DNA of 64,000 bases from Acidobacteriota bacterium (lineage in GTDB: Bacteria > Acidobacteriota > UBA6911 > RPQK01 > JAJDTT01). The position numbers and the translations under genes are program-made. Positions 1 to 8,731 of this stretch are shown piece after piece. The stretch is from assembly GCA_965209055.1 (NCBI GenBank), contig OZ242374.1, forward strand, positions 3,232,001-3,296,000, read 5' to 3'. The stretch's first letter is position 1. Every line of letters begins with the position of its first letter. The notes beneath the pieces were generated by a model, which was not told the DNA's origin, did no database searches, and saw only the letters and a program-made list of their open reading frames with translations.

Positions 1-786
1 CGCGACTTCAATGGCCTCGTCGGTCTTGCGCACCGCGCAGATGCGGCCCACTACGGGGGGGCCGGCCCGAGCGACGGTGCGGACCCTCCAACTGCCGACC
101 GGCCCCGGTCGGAGTAGCGTTTCCACCGATGTGAGCAGGTCGAACCTCCGGCCAGCCTCGGTTTCCAGCAACAGCGATCGGGTGTTCACGCGCACCGTCA
201 CGTACCCTCCGCCTGCCGCGACGTGCTGAATCCCGATCGCCGTCGAGTAACCGCGGTCGCCCAGCACGTAATCGCCCGGCCGAATCGGGAAATGGGTGAA
301 CGACTCGCCGGTGCCGCGCCCCTTGGTCGCGGTTAGCTTGAAGAAATCGCAGCCGAGCGACGGGAGGTTCACACTGTAGTGAAGGCGCCACAGCGACCCG
401 GTCCGTCCCGGCTCGTGCACCGTCGTCCCATCGAACGCCCGCACTTGCAAGCCGCCACTGTTCGAAACCACGAGACCATGCTCCCGGAACAGTTCCACGC
501 ACAGCGCGTAGAGCCAGTCGCGGGATTTCCTCAGCCGCTTGAGCAGCGCCACGTCGGATAAATCGGCCAAGTTCGCTTGCCGAGCCCGCACGACGGTTTC
601 GCGCAAGGAATGCCCGCAGCCGAGATGGATCAGCAGGGTCCGCAACAGGTTTTCCGGTGACTTGTCCTTGCGCAGGCCCTTCAAGGCCCCGGTCGAAGCC
701 GCCAACTCCCGCCAATTGTCGGGGAAAAACGACATCAGCAAGTCCCAGTCCTCATTCGCAGCCGCCTTGACTACCGTTCTGCTCAT
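1..786 (-). CDS. IS4-family DDE transposase (runs off the window edge)
   Basis: Not in the ORF track. Manual translation from ATG 786: MSRTVVKAAANEDWDLLMSFFPDNWRELAASTGALKGLRK...LLRTLLIHLGCGHSLRET...LSDVALLKRLRK...VRAFDGTTVHEPG...YVLGDRGYST. AFDGT and GDRGY supply the first two catalytic Asp residues. Confidence 0.85.
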   Translation of the reverse strand, partial: MSRTVVKAAANEDWDLLMSFFPDNWRELAASTGALKGLRKDKSPENLLRTLLIHLGCGHSLRETVVRARQANLADLSDVALLKRLRKSRDWLYALCVELFREHGLVVSNSGGLQVRAFDGTTVHEPGRTGSLWRLHYSVNLPSLGCDFFKLTATKGRGTGESFTHFPIRPGDYVLGDRGYSTAIGIQHVAAGGGYVTVRVNTRSLLLETEAGRRFDLLTSVETLLRPGPVGSWRVRTVARAGPPVVGRICAVRKTDEAIEVA

Positions 787-836
787 GCCCACACTATACA
801 AGATAGCGGTTAGGCAAACAAGTTAGCGCTTATGGG
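1..836 (-). mobile_element. IS4-family insertion sequence, left part; terminal repeat about CCCATAAGCGCTAACTT (820-836, minus strand)
   Basis: Transposase plus a short upstream end that abuts a truncated REP-like hairpin. The other end is outside the window, so the terminal repeat cannot be confirmed. Confidence 0.65.
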
Positions 837-1081
837 TTAACAACCCCCGCTCCAATGCCTCCCACTTTCTGCCAGGATCATGCGGGCCTTAGGCCGGTGG
901 TGGCCTCTGGGGTCACCGGTATTCCTTGAAATCATCTTCCCGAAATCGTCTTGAAAACTTCGCATACCGTTCCGGGCTGGAGCTCCAACGAGCCGAATCT
1001 GTTCGAACCCCACTCGAATTCACGTTCGTTCGCAGACGAAAACCACCGAATGCCCCGCAGAAAATGTGTTATCAAGAGCCC

Positions 1082-3412
1082 ATGGTCTACGGAATATCAT
1101 TCCTGGTCCTGCTCTTTTTCACGGCGCCCGCCGGCGTTGCCGCCGCGGAGACCACCGGAACCTTGACGGGAACCGTCGTCGATGAGACCGGGGGAGTCCT
1201 TCCCGGTGTCGTCGTCAATCTTCGGGCCGACGGCGCCGAGTTCTCCGCCGTCACCGACGACATGGGGACGTGGAGCATCGACGGAGTCCCCGCGGGACCG
1301 GCTACCCTGACTTTCCGGCTGATCAATTTCGCCGGCGCCCGCCGCGAGTTGACCGTGGCCCCGAGCGAGGTCTTGACGGTGGATGTCGTCCTGGTGCTCT
1401 CATTGACCGCGGACGTCGTGGTCACCGCCGAGCGCACCTTCCGCAACATCGCCGACCTGCCGCAACCGGCGGAGAACCTGGTCGGGATCGCCTCCGCCGC
1501 CAGCGTCGGCGCCATCACCGCGGCCCAGCTCCAGGCGAGGCCCATCTTGCGTCCGGGCGAAGTGCTGGAGACGGTTCCGGGTCTGATCATCAGTCAGCAC
1601 AGCGGGGAGGGAAAGGCCAACCAGTACTACCTGCGCGGTTTCAACCTCGATCACGGAACGGATTTCGCGACCACCGTCGCCGGAGTGCCCTTGAACATGC
1701 CGTCCGGCGCCCACGCATCCGGCTACTCGGACTCCAACATGATCATTCCCGAACTGGTGAGCGGCATCCAGTTCAGGAAGGGACCGTACTTCGCGGAAGA
1801 CGGTGACTTTTCCGCCGCCGGCTCGGCCAACGTCAGCTACATGAACCTGCTGGAGCAGCCGCTGGCCAGTATCAGCACCGGCGGCCAAGGCTGGAACCGC
1901 ATCTTTAGCGCCGTGTCGCCTCACCTGGGCGACGGCAACCTGCTCGTCGGGGTCGAAGTGGGCAGGAACGACGGTCCCTGGGTCGAGCCCGACAACCTGC
2001 GCAAGGTGAACGGCATCCTGCGCTACAGTCGGGGAGACGCGCGAAACGGGTTCTCCATCACCGGCCTGACCTATTCGGCGAATTGGAACGCAACGGACCA
2101 GGTGCCGGCCCGGGCCATCGAATCCGGCCGGATCGACCGGTTCGAAGGGATCGATACCACCGGTGGCGGCCGGACCTACCGGCATGGCGTTGTCGCCGAC
2201 AGCCTTCGCTCGAACGGAGACACCTCCACCCGAATCACCGCCTTCGGCATGCGCTACGGACTGAACCTGCTCCAGAACTTCACCTATTTCCTGGCCGATC
2301 CCGTCGACGGGGATCAGTTCGAGCAGGTGGACCGCCGCACCTCCATCGGCGTCAAACTCACCCAGCGGCGCCTGCGGCAGTTCCTTGGACGGCCCGTCGA
2401 GTGGATGGTCGGCACCCAGTCGCGCCACGACGACGCCGGCGTCATCGGCCTGTACGACACGGTTCGGCAGCGCCGCACCAGCACAGTGCGTGAGGATGCG
2501 TTGCGGCAGACGTCGCTGGGCGTGTTCGGCAAGGGTGTGCTCGATTGGACTTCGTTCTTCCGGACCTCGATCGGGCTTCGCGCAGACGCCTATCGGTTCG
2601 CCGTCGACGCCGGCAATCCGTTGAACGGCGGCGCCGGCGTGGATTCCATTGTCAGCCCCAAACTGACGGCGGTCCTGGGGCCGTGGCAGCAGACCGAGTT
2701 CTACGTCAACTGGGGAGAGGGATTCCACAGCAACGACGTGCGTGTCGCGACGATCAGAGTCGACCCGCGCACCGGGGAACCAGCCGACAGGTTCCCTCCG
2801 CTGGTCAAGGCCCGCGGCGGCGAAATCGGTGTGCGGACGGTGAGGCTGCACGGGCTGCATTCGACGGTGGCGCTCTGGCATCTGGACTTCGATTCCGAGC
2901 TGGTCTTTCTGGGCGATGCGGGGGTGACGGCGCCCAGCCGCCCAAGTCGCCGCTACGGCATCGAGTGGTCGAACTATATTCGGTTCACACCCTGGATGAC
3001 GGCCGACGCCGATCTCGCGTTCACCGCCGCGCGGTTCTCGGACGCCGACCCCGCCGGGCTGCGGATTCCGGGTTCGCTCAACCGCGTTTTCTCCGGCGCC
3101 GTCACGTTCGAGCCGGTGAAGCGCTTGTTCGGGAGCGTTCGCGTGCGCCATTTCGGACCGCGGCCATTGCTTGAGGACAACTCCGTGCGGTCCGATTCGA
3201 CGACCCTGTGGAACGGCCAGTTCGGCATCCGCTTCAACCGGCGCGTCACCGTCTCGTTTGAGGTGTTCAATCTCCTGAACTCCCGCGTGTCGGACATCGA
3301 CTACTTCTATACGTCGCGCCTCCCGGGAGAACCGTTTGAAGGGGTGGACGATGTGCACACCCATCCCACCATCCCGCGAACCGCACGCGTCGCCCTGCAA
3401 ATGAGGTTTTAG
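1082..3412 (+). CDS. TonB-dependent receptor with N-terminal carboxypeptidase-regulatory-like domain
   Basis: Signal peptide from ATG 1082, GTVVDETGGVLPGV domain, plug motif QHSGEGKANQYYLRGFNLDHGTDF, C-terminal FNLLN and terminal Phe. Confidence 0.92.
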   Translation: MVYGISFLVLLFFTAPAGVAAAETTGTLTGTVVDETGGVLPGVVVNLRADGAEFSAVTDDMGTWSIDGVPAGPATLTFRLINFAGARRELTVAPSEVLTVDVVLVLSLTADVVVTAERTFRNIADLPQPAENLVGIASAASVGAITAAQLQARPILRPGEVLETVPGLIISQHSGEGKANQYYLRGFNLDHGTDFATTVAGVPLNMPSGAHASGYSDSNMIIPELVSGIQFRKGPYFAEDGDFSAAGSANVSYMNLLEQPLASISTGGQGWNRIFSAVSPHLGDGNLLVGVEVGRNDGPWVEPDNLRKVNGILRYSRGDARNGFSITGLTYSANWNATDQVPARAIESGRIDRFEGIDTTGGGRTYRHGVVADSLRSNGDTSTRITAFGMRYGLNLLQNFTYFLADPVDGDQFEQVDRRTSIGVKLTQRRLRQFLGRPVEWMVGTQSRHDDAGVIGLYDTVRQRRTSTVREDALRQTSLGVFGKGVLDWTSFFRTSIGLRADAYRFAVDAGNPLNGGAGVDSIVSPKLTAVLGPWQQTEFYVNWGEGFHSNDVRVATIRVDPRTGEPADRFPPLVKARGGEIGVRTVRLHGLHSTVALWHLDFDSELVFLGDAGVTAPSRPSRRYGIEWSNYIRFTPWMTADADLAFTAARFSDADPAGLRIPGSLNRVFSGAVTFEPVKRLFGSVRVRHFGPRPLLEDNSVRSDSTTLWNGQFGIRFNRRVTVSFEVFNLLNSRVSDIDYFYTSRLPGEPFEGVDDVHTHPTIPRTARVALQMRF

Positions 3413-3466
3413 GCTGAGCCGGTGGCGCCGCCGGATTTTCACGGAATCAAGGAATCCATTCCCAGT

Positions 3467-3503
3467 GGTAGAGAAGGGAATTATCCTTCTCCGCGAGTGT
3501 GTC
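3467..3503 (+). repeat. Palindromic site, family B (GGTAGAGAAGGGAATTATCCTTCTCCGCGAGTG)
   Basis: GAGAAGG...CCTTCTC inverted repeat; similar direct copy at 4037-4073. Confidence 0.6.
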
Positions 3504-3645
3504 GATTTGGTCTACCTGGACTCTTCTGTTTGGCTCGAACCAGGTTCACAGCGTTCCCTTCATGACTGGTACTTATACGGGGAATCTTCTTGCACACCGT
3601 TGTCTCTTTGGTAATACGCTCGACTATGCCTAGAGGAGAAGAGTG

Positions 3646-3999
3646 ATGTCAGATCCCAAGGAGTTTCGATTCGGAGGCTTCCTTATTTCGCTGCTGGCCT
3701 TCTTGGTTACGGTCGGCATCGCAATCTACGGGTTAGTCAAGGCTTTCAACGCCTTTTGCAAGTGGAACAAGCAGGATCGAATCCCGGAGAAATACAAAAA
3801 CTCTCAATCGGCACTCAAAGGAGACGATTTCTCAAATCCGTCCAAGCGGTTGACGGGGGGGCGTTGCGGCGCCACAGGCTTGTGGAGATCGAGTTGTCAG
3901 CACCGGGAGCAAAAGCTCATCCGCTCAGGAGAAACGTTTCCACTGTGTTGGCATTGCCGTCGGGGCGTGTATTGGAAATTGATTCGACCGGGCAAGTAG
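3646..3999 (+). CDS. Small membrane-anchored protein with C-terminal YjzC-like zinc ribbon
   Basis: AGGAG RBS, one TM helix, C-terminus TGGRCGATGLWRSSCQH...SGETFPLCWHCRRGVYWKLI; AT-richer than neighbours. Confidence 0.7.
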   Translation: MSDPKEFRFGGFLISLLAFLVTVGIAIYGLVKAFNAFCKWNKQDRIPEKYKNSQSALKGDDFSNPSKRLTGGRCGATGLWRSSCQHREQKLIRSGETFPLCWHCRRGVYWKLIRPGK

Positions 4000-4036
4000 G
4001 GAACCTCGATTGCCCACGTATACGGAGAGTGAGATC

Positions 4037-4073
4037 GGTAGAGAAGGTGACAGCCCTTTCGCCGCGTGCGCTC
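4037..4073 (+). repeat. Palindromic site, family B (GGTAGAGAAGGTGACAGCCCTTTCGCCGCGTGCG)
   Basis: Shares the GGTAGAGAAGG head and CCGCG tail with the 3467 site. Confidence 0.6.
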
Positions 4074-4226
4074 ATTAAAGTCTGGACCATCTGACTTCGA
4101 TGGTGAAGAATCATCCCGAATGTGGATGAGAAGGTCCTGCAATTGGCGGCATCGACCTCCATATTCCAAAGCGTCTGGGTTAATCTTCTTGCCCAGGATC
4201 CCTCGTTCAACATCTGGAGGCGTTTG

Positions 4227-5201
4227 ATGAACCGACTCGCCGTGCTGTCTTTATTCGCTGTGTCAACGGTCGTCGCCAGCGACCATCAACTGAAACCGGT
4301 CCGGATTGCCGTCCCGGTCGACGGGCACATTCACCCGGCGGCCTGCGTCACCCACTCGGGGACGATCGTCGTGACGTACGGGCGGGTGAATCACGTGGAC
4401 CTGCGCATCACTCGATCCTCGGACGGAGGAAGGACTTGGTCCGAACCGGTTCCGTTCGTCCATACCGTCGACAAGACCTATTACCCGGGCTCGCTGACGA
4501 CACTGAGCGACGGCCGCCTGGTGCATTGCTGGAACCGCTGGGATACGCCGGTCACTCAGAAGGAGCCACGGTCCGTCCTGTACTCGCTGTCAAGTGACGA
4601 AGGAGTCTCGTGGAGCGACCCGCAGCCGTTTCCGCGTGATCCCGAAGTCAGATCCGTCACGCGGCACCCCGTGACCGAACTGGAGTCAGGACAGTGGCTC
4701 GTTTCGTTGATCGACCGGACGTTCGTGTTTGATCCGGCCACTTCCAAGGCGACACCGTTCGGCGACGGCCGGGATCATGGGATGATCCCGATCGTGCAGA
4801 CACCTCAAGGCACGTTCGTCAGCGGCGCCGGCCTCCGATCGACGGACCACGGCACGACGTGGACAACCATCGAAGGCTTTCCGGACATCAGCACGCAGGG
4901 CTGGCGGCACGAAATGGTCGTTCTGAAAAACGGCTGGCTGCTGGCCTCGGAGATTCTCGGGCCGGGCTTTGGCGGGGAGCGCATCCGCTACCGCATCTCG
5001 TACGACGACGGGCAGACCTGGGATGGAGTATTCGAGTACTACAATCCTGGCCGCGCCATCAACGGCCGGGCCTGTCCCCGAACGGTGCAGCTCGACGACA
5101 AGACGATCGGCGTGGTCTTCTACGATATCGACAAGGATCAGGAGGGAGGACCGGGCGTGTTCTTCCTGCGAATCCCGATCGCGAAGCTGGCCGCCCGGTA
5201 G
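4227..5201 (+). CDS. Secreted BNR/Asp-box sialidase-like glycoside hydrolase
   Basis: GGAGG RBS before ATG 4227, signal peptide, Asp boxes SSDGGRTW, SSDEGVSW, STDHGTTW, SYDDGQTW. Confidence 0.85.
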   Translation: MNRLAVLSLFAVSTVVASDHQLKPVRIAVPVDGHIHPAACVTHSGTIVVTYGRVNHVDLRITRSSDGGRTWSEPVPFVHTVDKTYYPGSLTTLSDGRLVHCWNRWDTPVTQKEPRSVLYSLSSDEGVSWSDPQPFPRDPEVRSVTRHPVTELESGQWLVSLIDRTFVFDPATSKATPFGDGRDHGMIPIVQTPQGTFVSGAGLRSTDHGTTWTTIEGFPDISTQGWRHEMVVLKNGWLLASEILGPGFGGERIRYRISYDDGQTWDGVFEYYNPGRAINGRACPRTVQLDDKTIGVVFYDIDKDQEGGPGVFFLRIPIAKLAAR

Positions 5202-5232
5202 GAGGGGGGACAGTCTTGTCCCCCTCTTCACT
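5198..5232 (+). repeat. REP-like hairpin (GTAGGAGGGGGGACAGTCTTGTCCCCCTCTTCACT)
   Basis: Stem-loop at a gene end; related copies at 7668-7692 (internally deleted) and 8621-8654. Confidence 0.7.
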
Positions 5233-5341
5233 GGCGAGATAGGGAGAGACTACCTCTCTTCGTCTCGACTGTCCCTGCCGAGGGCCCATTCGCAGGTCTG
5301 ATCGTTGACTCGAGACTAGGTTTTCAATCTGGACATCCACT

Positions 5342-5734
5342 TCACACCGAGATGATGAGTAGACCATCCAATCGCTCAAAATGCCGACGATTGTTGGTGA
5401 GTAGCGTGAGCCCGTAATTTATGGCGGTGGCACCTATCATTAGATCGAAGTCGCTGATAAGGGTTCCCGTCGCCCTCAAACGACTCCGTTCCCTGGCGAA
5501 TGTGCGGCAAATATCTTCATCCAATGGCACGACATGAATCCGGTCAAGTACGTGCCACAGAGCTATTTCGGTTGCTTCCGGATCGTAGGAGCCGAATACG
5601 CCCTCGTTCAGTTCGGCGAGTGAGATAATGCTCAATCCGAGGCCGGCTGGTTCAAATTCCTGGAGACGGCTGATTACCTGAGCGCGGCCGTGCAGATGGT
5701 CGATGACCCAATCCGTGTCCACCAAATATCGCAC
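5342..5734 (-). CDS. vapC: VapC PIN-domain toxin
   Basis: From GTG 5734: RYLVDTDWVIDHL...SIISLAEL..G...DLMIGATA...LLTNNRRHFERLDGL, typical PIN motifs. Confidence 0.92.
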   Translation of the reverse strand: MRYLVDTDWVIDHLHGRAQVISRLQEFEPAGLGLSIISLAELNEGVFGSYDPEATEIALWHVLDRIHVVPLDEDICRTFARERSRLRATGTLISDFDLMIGATAINYGLTLLTNNRRHFERLDGLLIISV

Positions 5735-5738
5735 GGAA

Positions 5739-5975
5739 TTACAATTCCGGCTTTTGCCTGGAACCGGCAATCCGAGCTTCGTAGATCTTCCGCTTGAGCT
5801 GTTCCGGATCGTGCATTCCGATCCATCCGCCAGCCGAAGCGCCGAGCGAATTGATGGCGCTACCCGGGGATATGATCTCCCCTATGGACACGACTACTTC
5901 CTTGCCTTCTTCGAGGTCAAGGCTCTCTTGCGGAACGAACACACCCTTTGAATACTTCGCTTTGATCTTTCTCAT
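5739..5975 (-). CDS. DUF104/AF2212-like antitoxin
   Basis: MRKIKAKYSKGVFVPQESLDLEEGKEVVVSI, directly upstream of vapC. Confidence 0.85.
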   Translation of the reverse strand: MRKIKAKYSKGVFVPQESLDLEEGKEVVVSIGEIISPGSAINSLGASAGGWIGMHDPEQLKRKIYEARIAGSRQKPEL

Positions 5976-6124
5976 TGTTACCGGTCTTTTCCATAAGTCC
6001 TTGATTTGAGACGTCTTAGCAATCTCGGAGTCGGGGACTCTGAATCCACCGTCTGCCAAGACGATACCAGAACGCCGCCAGACACGCCGAATTCCGGGGA
6101 GCGGATGCCGACCCGGCACCTTCT

Positions 6125-6163
6125 TCGCACCAGTGGGAAAAGGCAACAGTCACCTTCTCCGCC
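6125..6163 (-). repeat. Palindromic site, family B (minus strand GGCGGAGAAGGTGACTGTTGCCTTTTCCC)
   Basis: Core AGAAGGTGACTG matches the 4037 and 43913 sites; lies between the vapBC module and the next gene. Confidence 0.5.
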
Positions 6164-6190
6164 ATTGCCGATTGCGAATTCCCGCACGGG

Positions 6191-7606
6191 TCAAGGTGGC
6201 GTGGCCGGATACACGAGTTCGCCGGCCTTGTAGACGGCGGCCAATAAGCGGGTGTTGCGGATGTCCGACAGTGGATCCGCCGTGAGCACGACCAGGTCGG
6301 CCAGCTTCCCGGCTTCGACGGTTCCGAGCTGATCCTCCAGACTCAGGCCCTCGGCGCCGTTTCGGGTCGCCATGACGATCACGTCGGTCTCGTCGATGCC
6401 CGCCTGGACCAGGAGCTCCAGTTCCCGATGCAGACTCACGCCCGGCGTTATCCAGGGCATTCCCACGTCGGTCCCTACAGTCAGCCTCACTCCCCCCTCG
6501 TGAAACATCCGCACGATCTGGAGTGCGACGGGGAATACGTCCTTGCCGGACGTGAAGGCCCGAAGGATTCCCATGGGGTTGGTGAAGACGAACGGGTTGC
6601 GATGCCGCCAGTCCGGACCCCATAGCGCCACGACCGAGGGCGGAGCCCGCTGAGGCTCGAGTCTCTCCAGAACCTTCGGATCGTCACCGAAACAGAGGCT
6701 CTCCATCACGACCAGGGTGGGGTCGACCGTCACGTCGTTGTCAACCAGGGCGGCGATCAGGGAGTTCATCAGCTCGCCGTCCAGCTCCACCAATTCAAGC
6801 CAACGGGCGTAGTATTCGGGGTAGGGCAGTGCCCTCAGTTGGGCCCGGTGCCTTTCGGGGACCAGCTCCCACGTCGGCCCTTCTCCGCCGCTGTGGACCA
6901 GGGAGTCGATTCCCAGCCGCGCCGCCTGGGTCCAGCTCGTTGCCCGGATGTGGCCGGCGACCTTCAGACCGAGCGCGTGAGCCTCCTCGATGGCGGCGGC
7001 CATCAGCTCCGGGGTCACGTCCCAGTACAACTTGACCATGTCGGCGCCCGCCGCAGCCTGTTGCCGAACCACGTCCCGCATCTCGTCCGGTGTCGCCACG
7101 GGCACCGTCCAGTCGAATCGGCTCGGAGACCCGTCGATGAAGGCGGCGCCGGTAATCATCCGCGGCCCGCGAACCCGCCCGGCCGCGATCTGGTCCCGGA
7201 GCTCGACGCCTGCGCTTTGCGCGGCGCCGGGGCTGCGTATCGTGGTCACTCCGAAATCGAGCAACGCCTCCACGGTCTCGATCCGAGCCTTGGGGTGAAC
7301 ATGGACATGCATATCGATGAATCCTGGAACCACATAGTGGCCCGAAACGTCTCGTCGCCGTGCCGAGTTGGAGAAACGGAAATCACCCGCGTTGCCGACC
7401 CTGAGGATTCGGTCGCCGGCCACCACGATGACGCTGTCCTCGCGCGGTTCGGAACCGGTGCCGTCAATCAGAGTGGCGCCCTCGAGAACAAGAAGCCCCT
7501 CGTCCACAAGCGCCTCAGCCGGTTCACCGCACGCAGCACCAGCCAGGACAAGTGCGAGGGCGATTGGAATAAGTGGACTGCTCAGCGATCCGGCTGCTGC
7601 TGACAT
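6191..7606 (-). CDS. Amidohydrolase family lipoprotein (imidazolonepropionase-like)
   Basis: PGFIDMHVH, GVTTIR, VGTD, GTVEAGKLADLVVL motifs; lipobox-like LAGAAC. Start uncertain (7606 or 7636). Confidence 0.88.
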   Translation of the reverse strand: MSAAAGSLSSPLIPIALALVLAGAACGEPAEALVDEGLLVLEGATLIDGTGSEPREDSVIVVAGDRILRVGNAGDFRFSNSARRRDVSGHYVVPGFIDMHVHVHPKARIETVEALLDFGVTTIRSPGAAQSAGVELRDQIAAGRVRGPRMITGAAFIDGSPSRFDWTVPVATPDEMRDVVRQQAAAGADMVKLYWDVTPELMAAAIEEAHALGLKVAGHIRATSWTQAARLGIDSLVHSGGEGPTWELVPERHRAQLRALPYPEYYARWLELVELDGELMNSLIAALVDNDVTVDPTLVVMESLCFGDDPKVLERLEPQRAPPSVVALWGPDWRHRNPFVFTNPMGILRAFTSGKDVFPVALQIVRMFHEGGVRLTVGTDVGMPWITPGVSLHRELELLVQAGIDETDVIVMATRNGAEGLSLEDQLGTVEAGKLADLVVLTADPLSDIRNTRLLAAVYKAGELVYPATPP

Positions 7607-7696
7607 CGACGGCCTACCGTGGCGGCATTGGATCACATTTTTTCCAAGATGGCCGGCGTACTTCCGTTAGGGGGGAACATCCCCTCTTCACTTGAG

Positions 7697-7730
7697 CCTC
7701 GCGGAGAAAGGGGTAGTCCAATTCTCCCGG
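7697..7730 (-). repeat. Palindromic site, family B-like (minus strand GGGAGAATTGGACTACCCCTTTCTCCGCGAGG)
   Basis: Similar direct copy at 8201-8232; CTCCGCGAG tail shared with the 3467 site. Confidence 0.5.
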
Positions 7731-7743
7731 CCAGACAAGGATC

Positions 7744-7786
7744 TTGACTCCGGGATACTCATCAATGGTAACATATAAGAATCCAT
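7744..7786 (+). promoter_or_regulatory. Putative TA promoter/operator (TTGACT; imperfect palindrome ATGGTAAC-ATATAA-GAATCCAT)
   Basis: AT-rich, -35-like hexamer and dyad immediately before GTGATGATAGAG. Confidence 0.4.
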
Positions 7787-7882
7787 ATAGTGATGATAGA
7801 GATCAGGGAGTCCCCGGTCTCCGAGGGGTCGTATTCAAAGTCGCTACCTCCTTGGTTCGTAACGACGGGAGACGTGAAAACC

Positions 7883-8200
7883 ATGCCATTGACACGAGAC
7901 TTCAAGGAAACGATTCAGGCGCGCATCAAAAGCGATCCGGTGTTCGGCGAAGAACTGCTCAAGGAAGGGATTGAGTGCTTCCTTTCGGGTGACGTGGATA
8001 CCGGGAAGGCGGTGCTACGCGATTACATCAACGCCACGATCGGCTTTCAGGCGCTTGGCGGATTGACTGAGAAATCTCCCAAGAGCCTGATGCGGATGTT
8101 CGGTCCCAAAGGCAACCCCCAAGCCCGAAACCTTTTCCGAATCATCGGTTTCCTCCAGAAACAGGAGGGGTTGCGCCTGAAGGTGGACGTGATTCGCTAG
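7883..8200 (+). CDS. HTH addiction-module antitoxin / transcriptional regulator (orphan)
   Basis: MPLTRDFKETIQARIKSDPVF...GKAVLRDYINATIGF...PKSLMRMFGPKGNPQARNLF, a family usually found downstream of RelE/HigB-type toxins. Confidence 0.85.
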   Translation: MPLTRDFKETIQARIKSDPVFGEELLKEGIECFLSGDVDTGKAVLRDYINATIGFQALGGLTEKSPKSLMRMFGPKGNPQARNLFRIIGFLQKQEGLRLKVDVIR

Positions 8201-8232
8201 CCGGGCCGGGAAAGGGACGGTCCACTTCTCCC
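8201..8232 (-). repeat. Palindromic site, family B-like (minus strand GGGAGAAGTGGACCGTCCCTTTCCCGG)
   Basis: Similar to the 7697-7730 site in the same orientation; begins right after the stop codon. Confidence 0.5.
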
Positions 8233-8249
8233 GTACCCGTGACGTCAGG

Positions 8250-8528
8250 CTACCTCTTGTCGGTCAGCCGGCCGGCCAGATATTTGTGGATAACACTCGA
8301 AAGCAGCGTCTGATAGGGGATCCCTTCCTCCCTGGCCCGCGAGTGAGCGAGCTAGAAGTCACGCTCCGTCATCCGCAGATTCACTCGCTTGGTCTTGTTG
8401 AACGTATCGCGAGCCGCCTGGCGGGCCACCTCAACCTCGCGTTCGGCGCCAGGAGCGGAGCGCAAGTCACCCCGCTCGAATCGGTCGAGAATGTCGCGCT
8501 CTTCGACGCTCAAATTGTCGCTCACCAT
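8250..8528 (-). pseudogene. CopG/RHH-type antitoxin interrupted by an in-frame TAG (8352-8354)
   Basis: Manual translation with AAGGAGG RBS: MVSDNLSVEERDILDRFERG...NKTKRVNLRMTERDF*LAHSRAREEGIPYQTLLSSVIHKYLAGRLTDKR*. Confidence 0.85.
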
Positions 8529-8620
8529 GGCTGCCTCCTTCGGTAAGCCCTCGTCGCCTTTCGGCTGGGAATACTCCTCTCCAGAAAACGAGCGCCGTCA
8601 GCCCGCGTCACAAAATACAA
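8522..8620 (-). pseudogene. 3-prime remnant of a BrnT-like toxin
   Basis: LYFVTRADGARFLERSIPSRKATRAY resembles the FLKTIIPSRKATR C-terminus of such toxins; overlaps the antitoxin start and is cut off by the REP at 8621. Confidence 0.6.
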
Positions 8621-8654
8621 TAGGAGGGCGGACATTCCTGTCCCCCTCTTCACT
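8621..8654 (+). repeat. REP-like hairpin (TAGGAGGGCGGACATTCCTGTCCCCCTCTTCACT)
   Basis: Similar to 5198-5232. Confidence 0.7.
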
Positions 8655-8731
8655 TGTATACTCGACCGCACAGTTGAGCCGGGCGCCAACTTCGGCGCCC
8701 GCCGCACCGTCACGCAACCGAGGGGAAATCC

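Noticed and set aside
8-826. Listed ORFs at the window start
   Set aside because: They are shadow frames of the IS4 transposase, which the track misses because it has no stop codon within the window.
8352-8354. Pyrrolysine or recoded TAG
   Set aside because: TAG is used as a normal stop by many genes here and the partner toxin is already destroyed; simple pseudogenisation is more likely.
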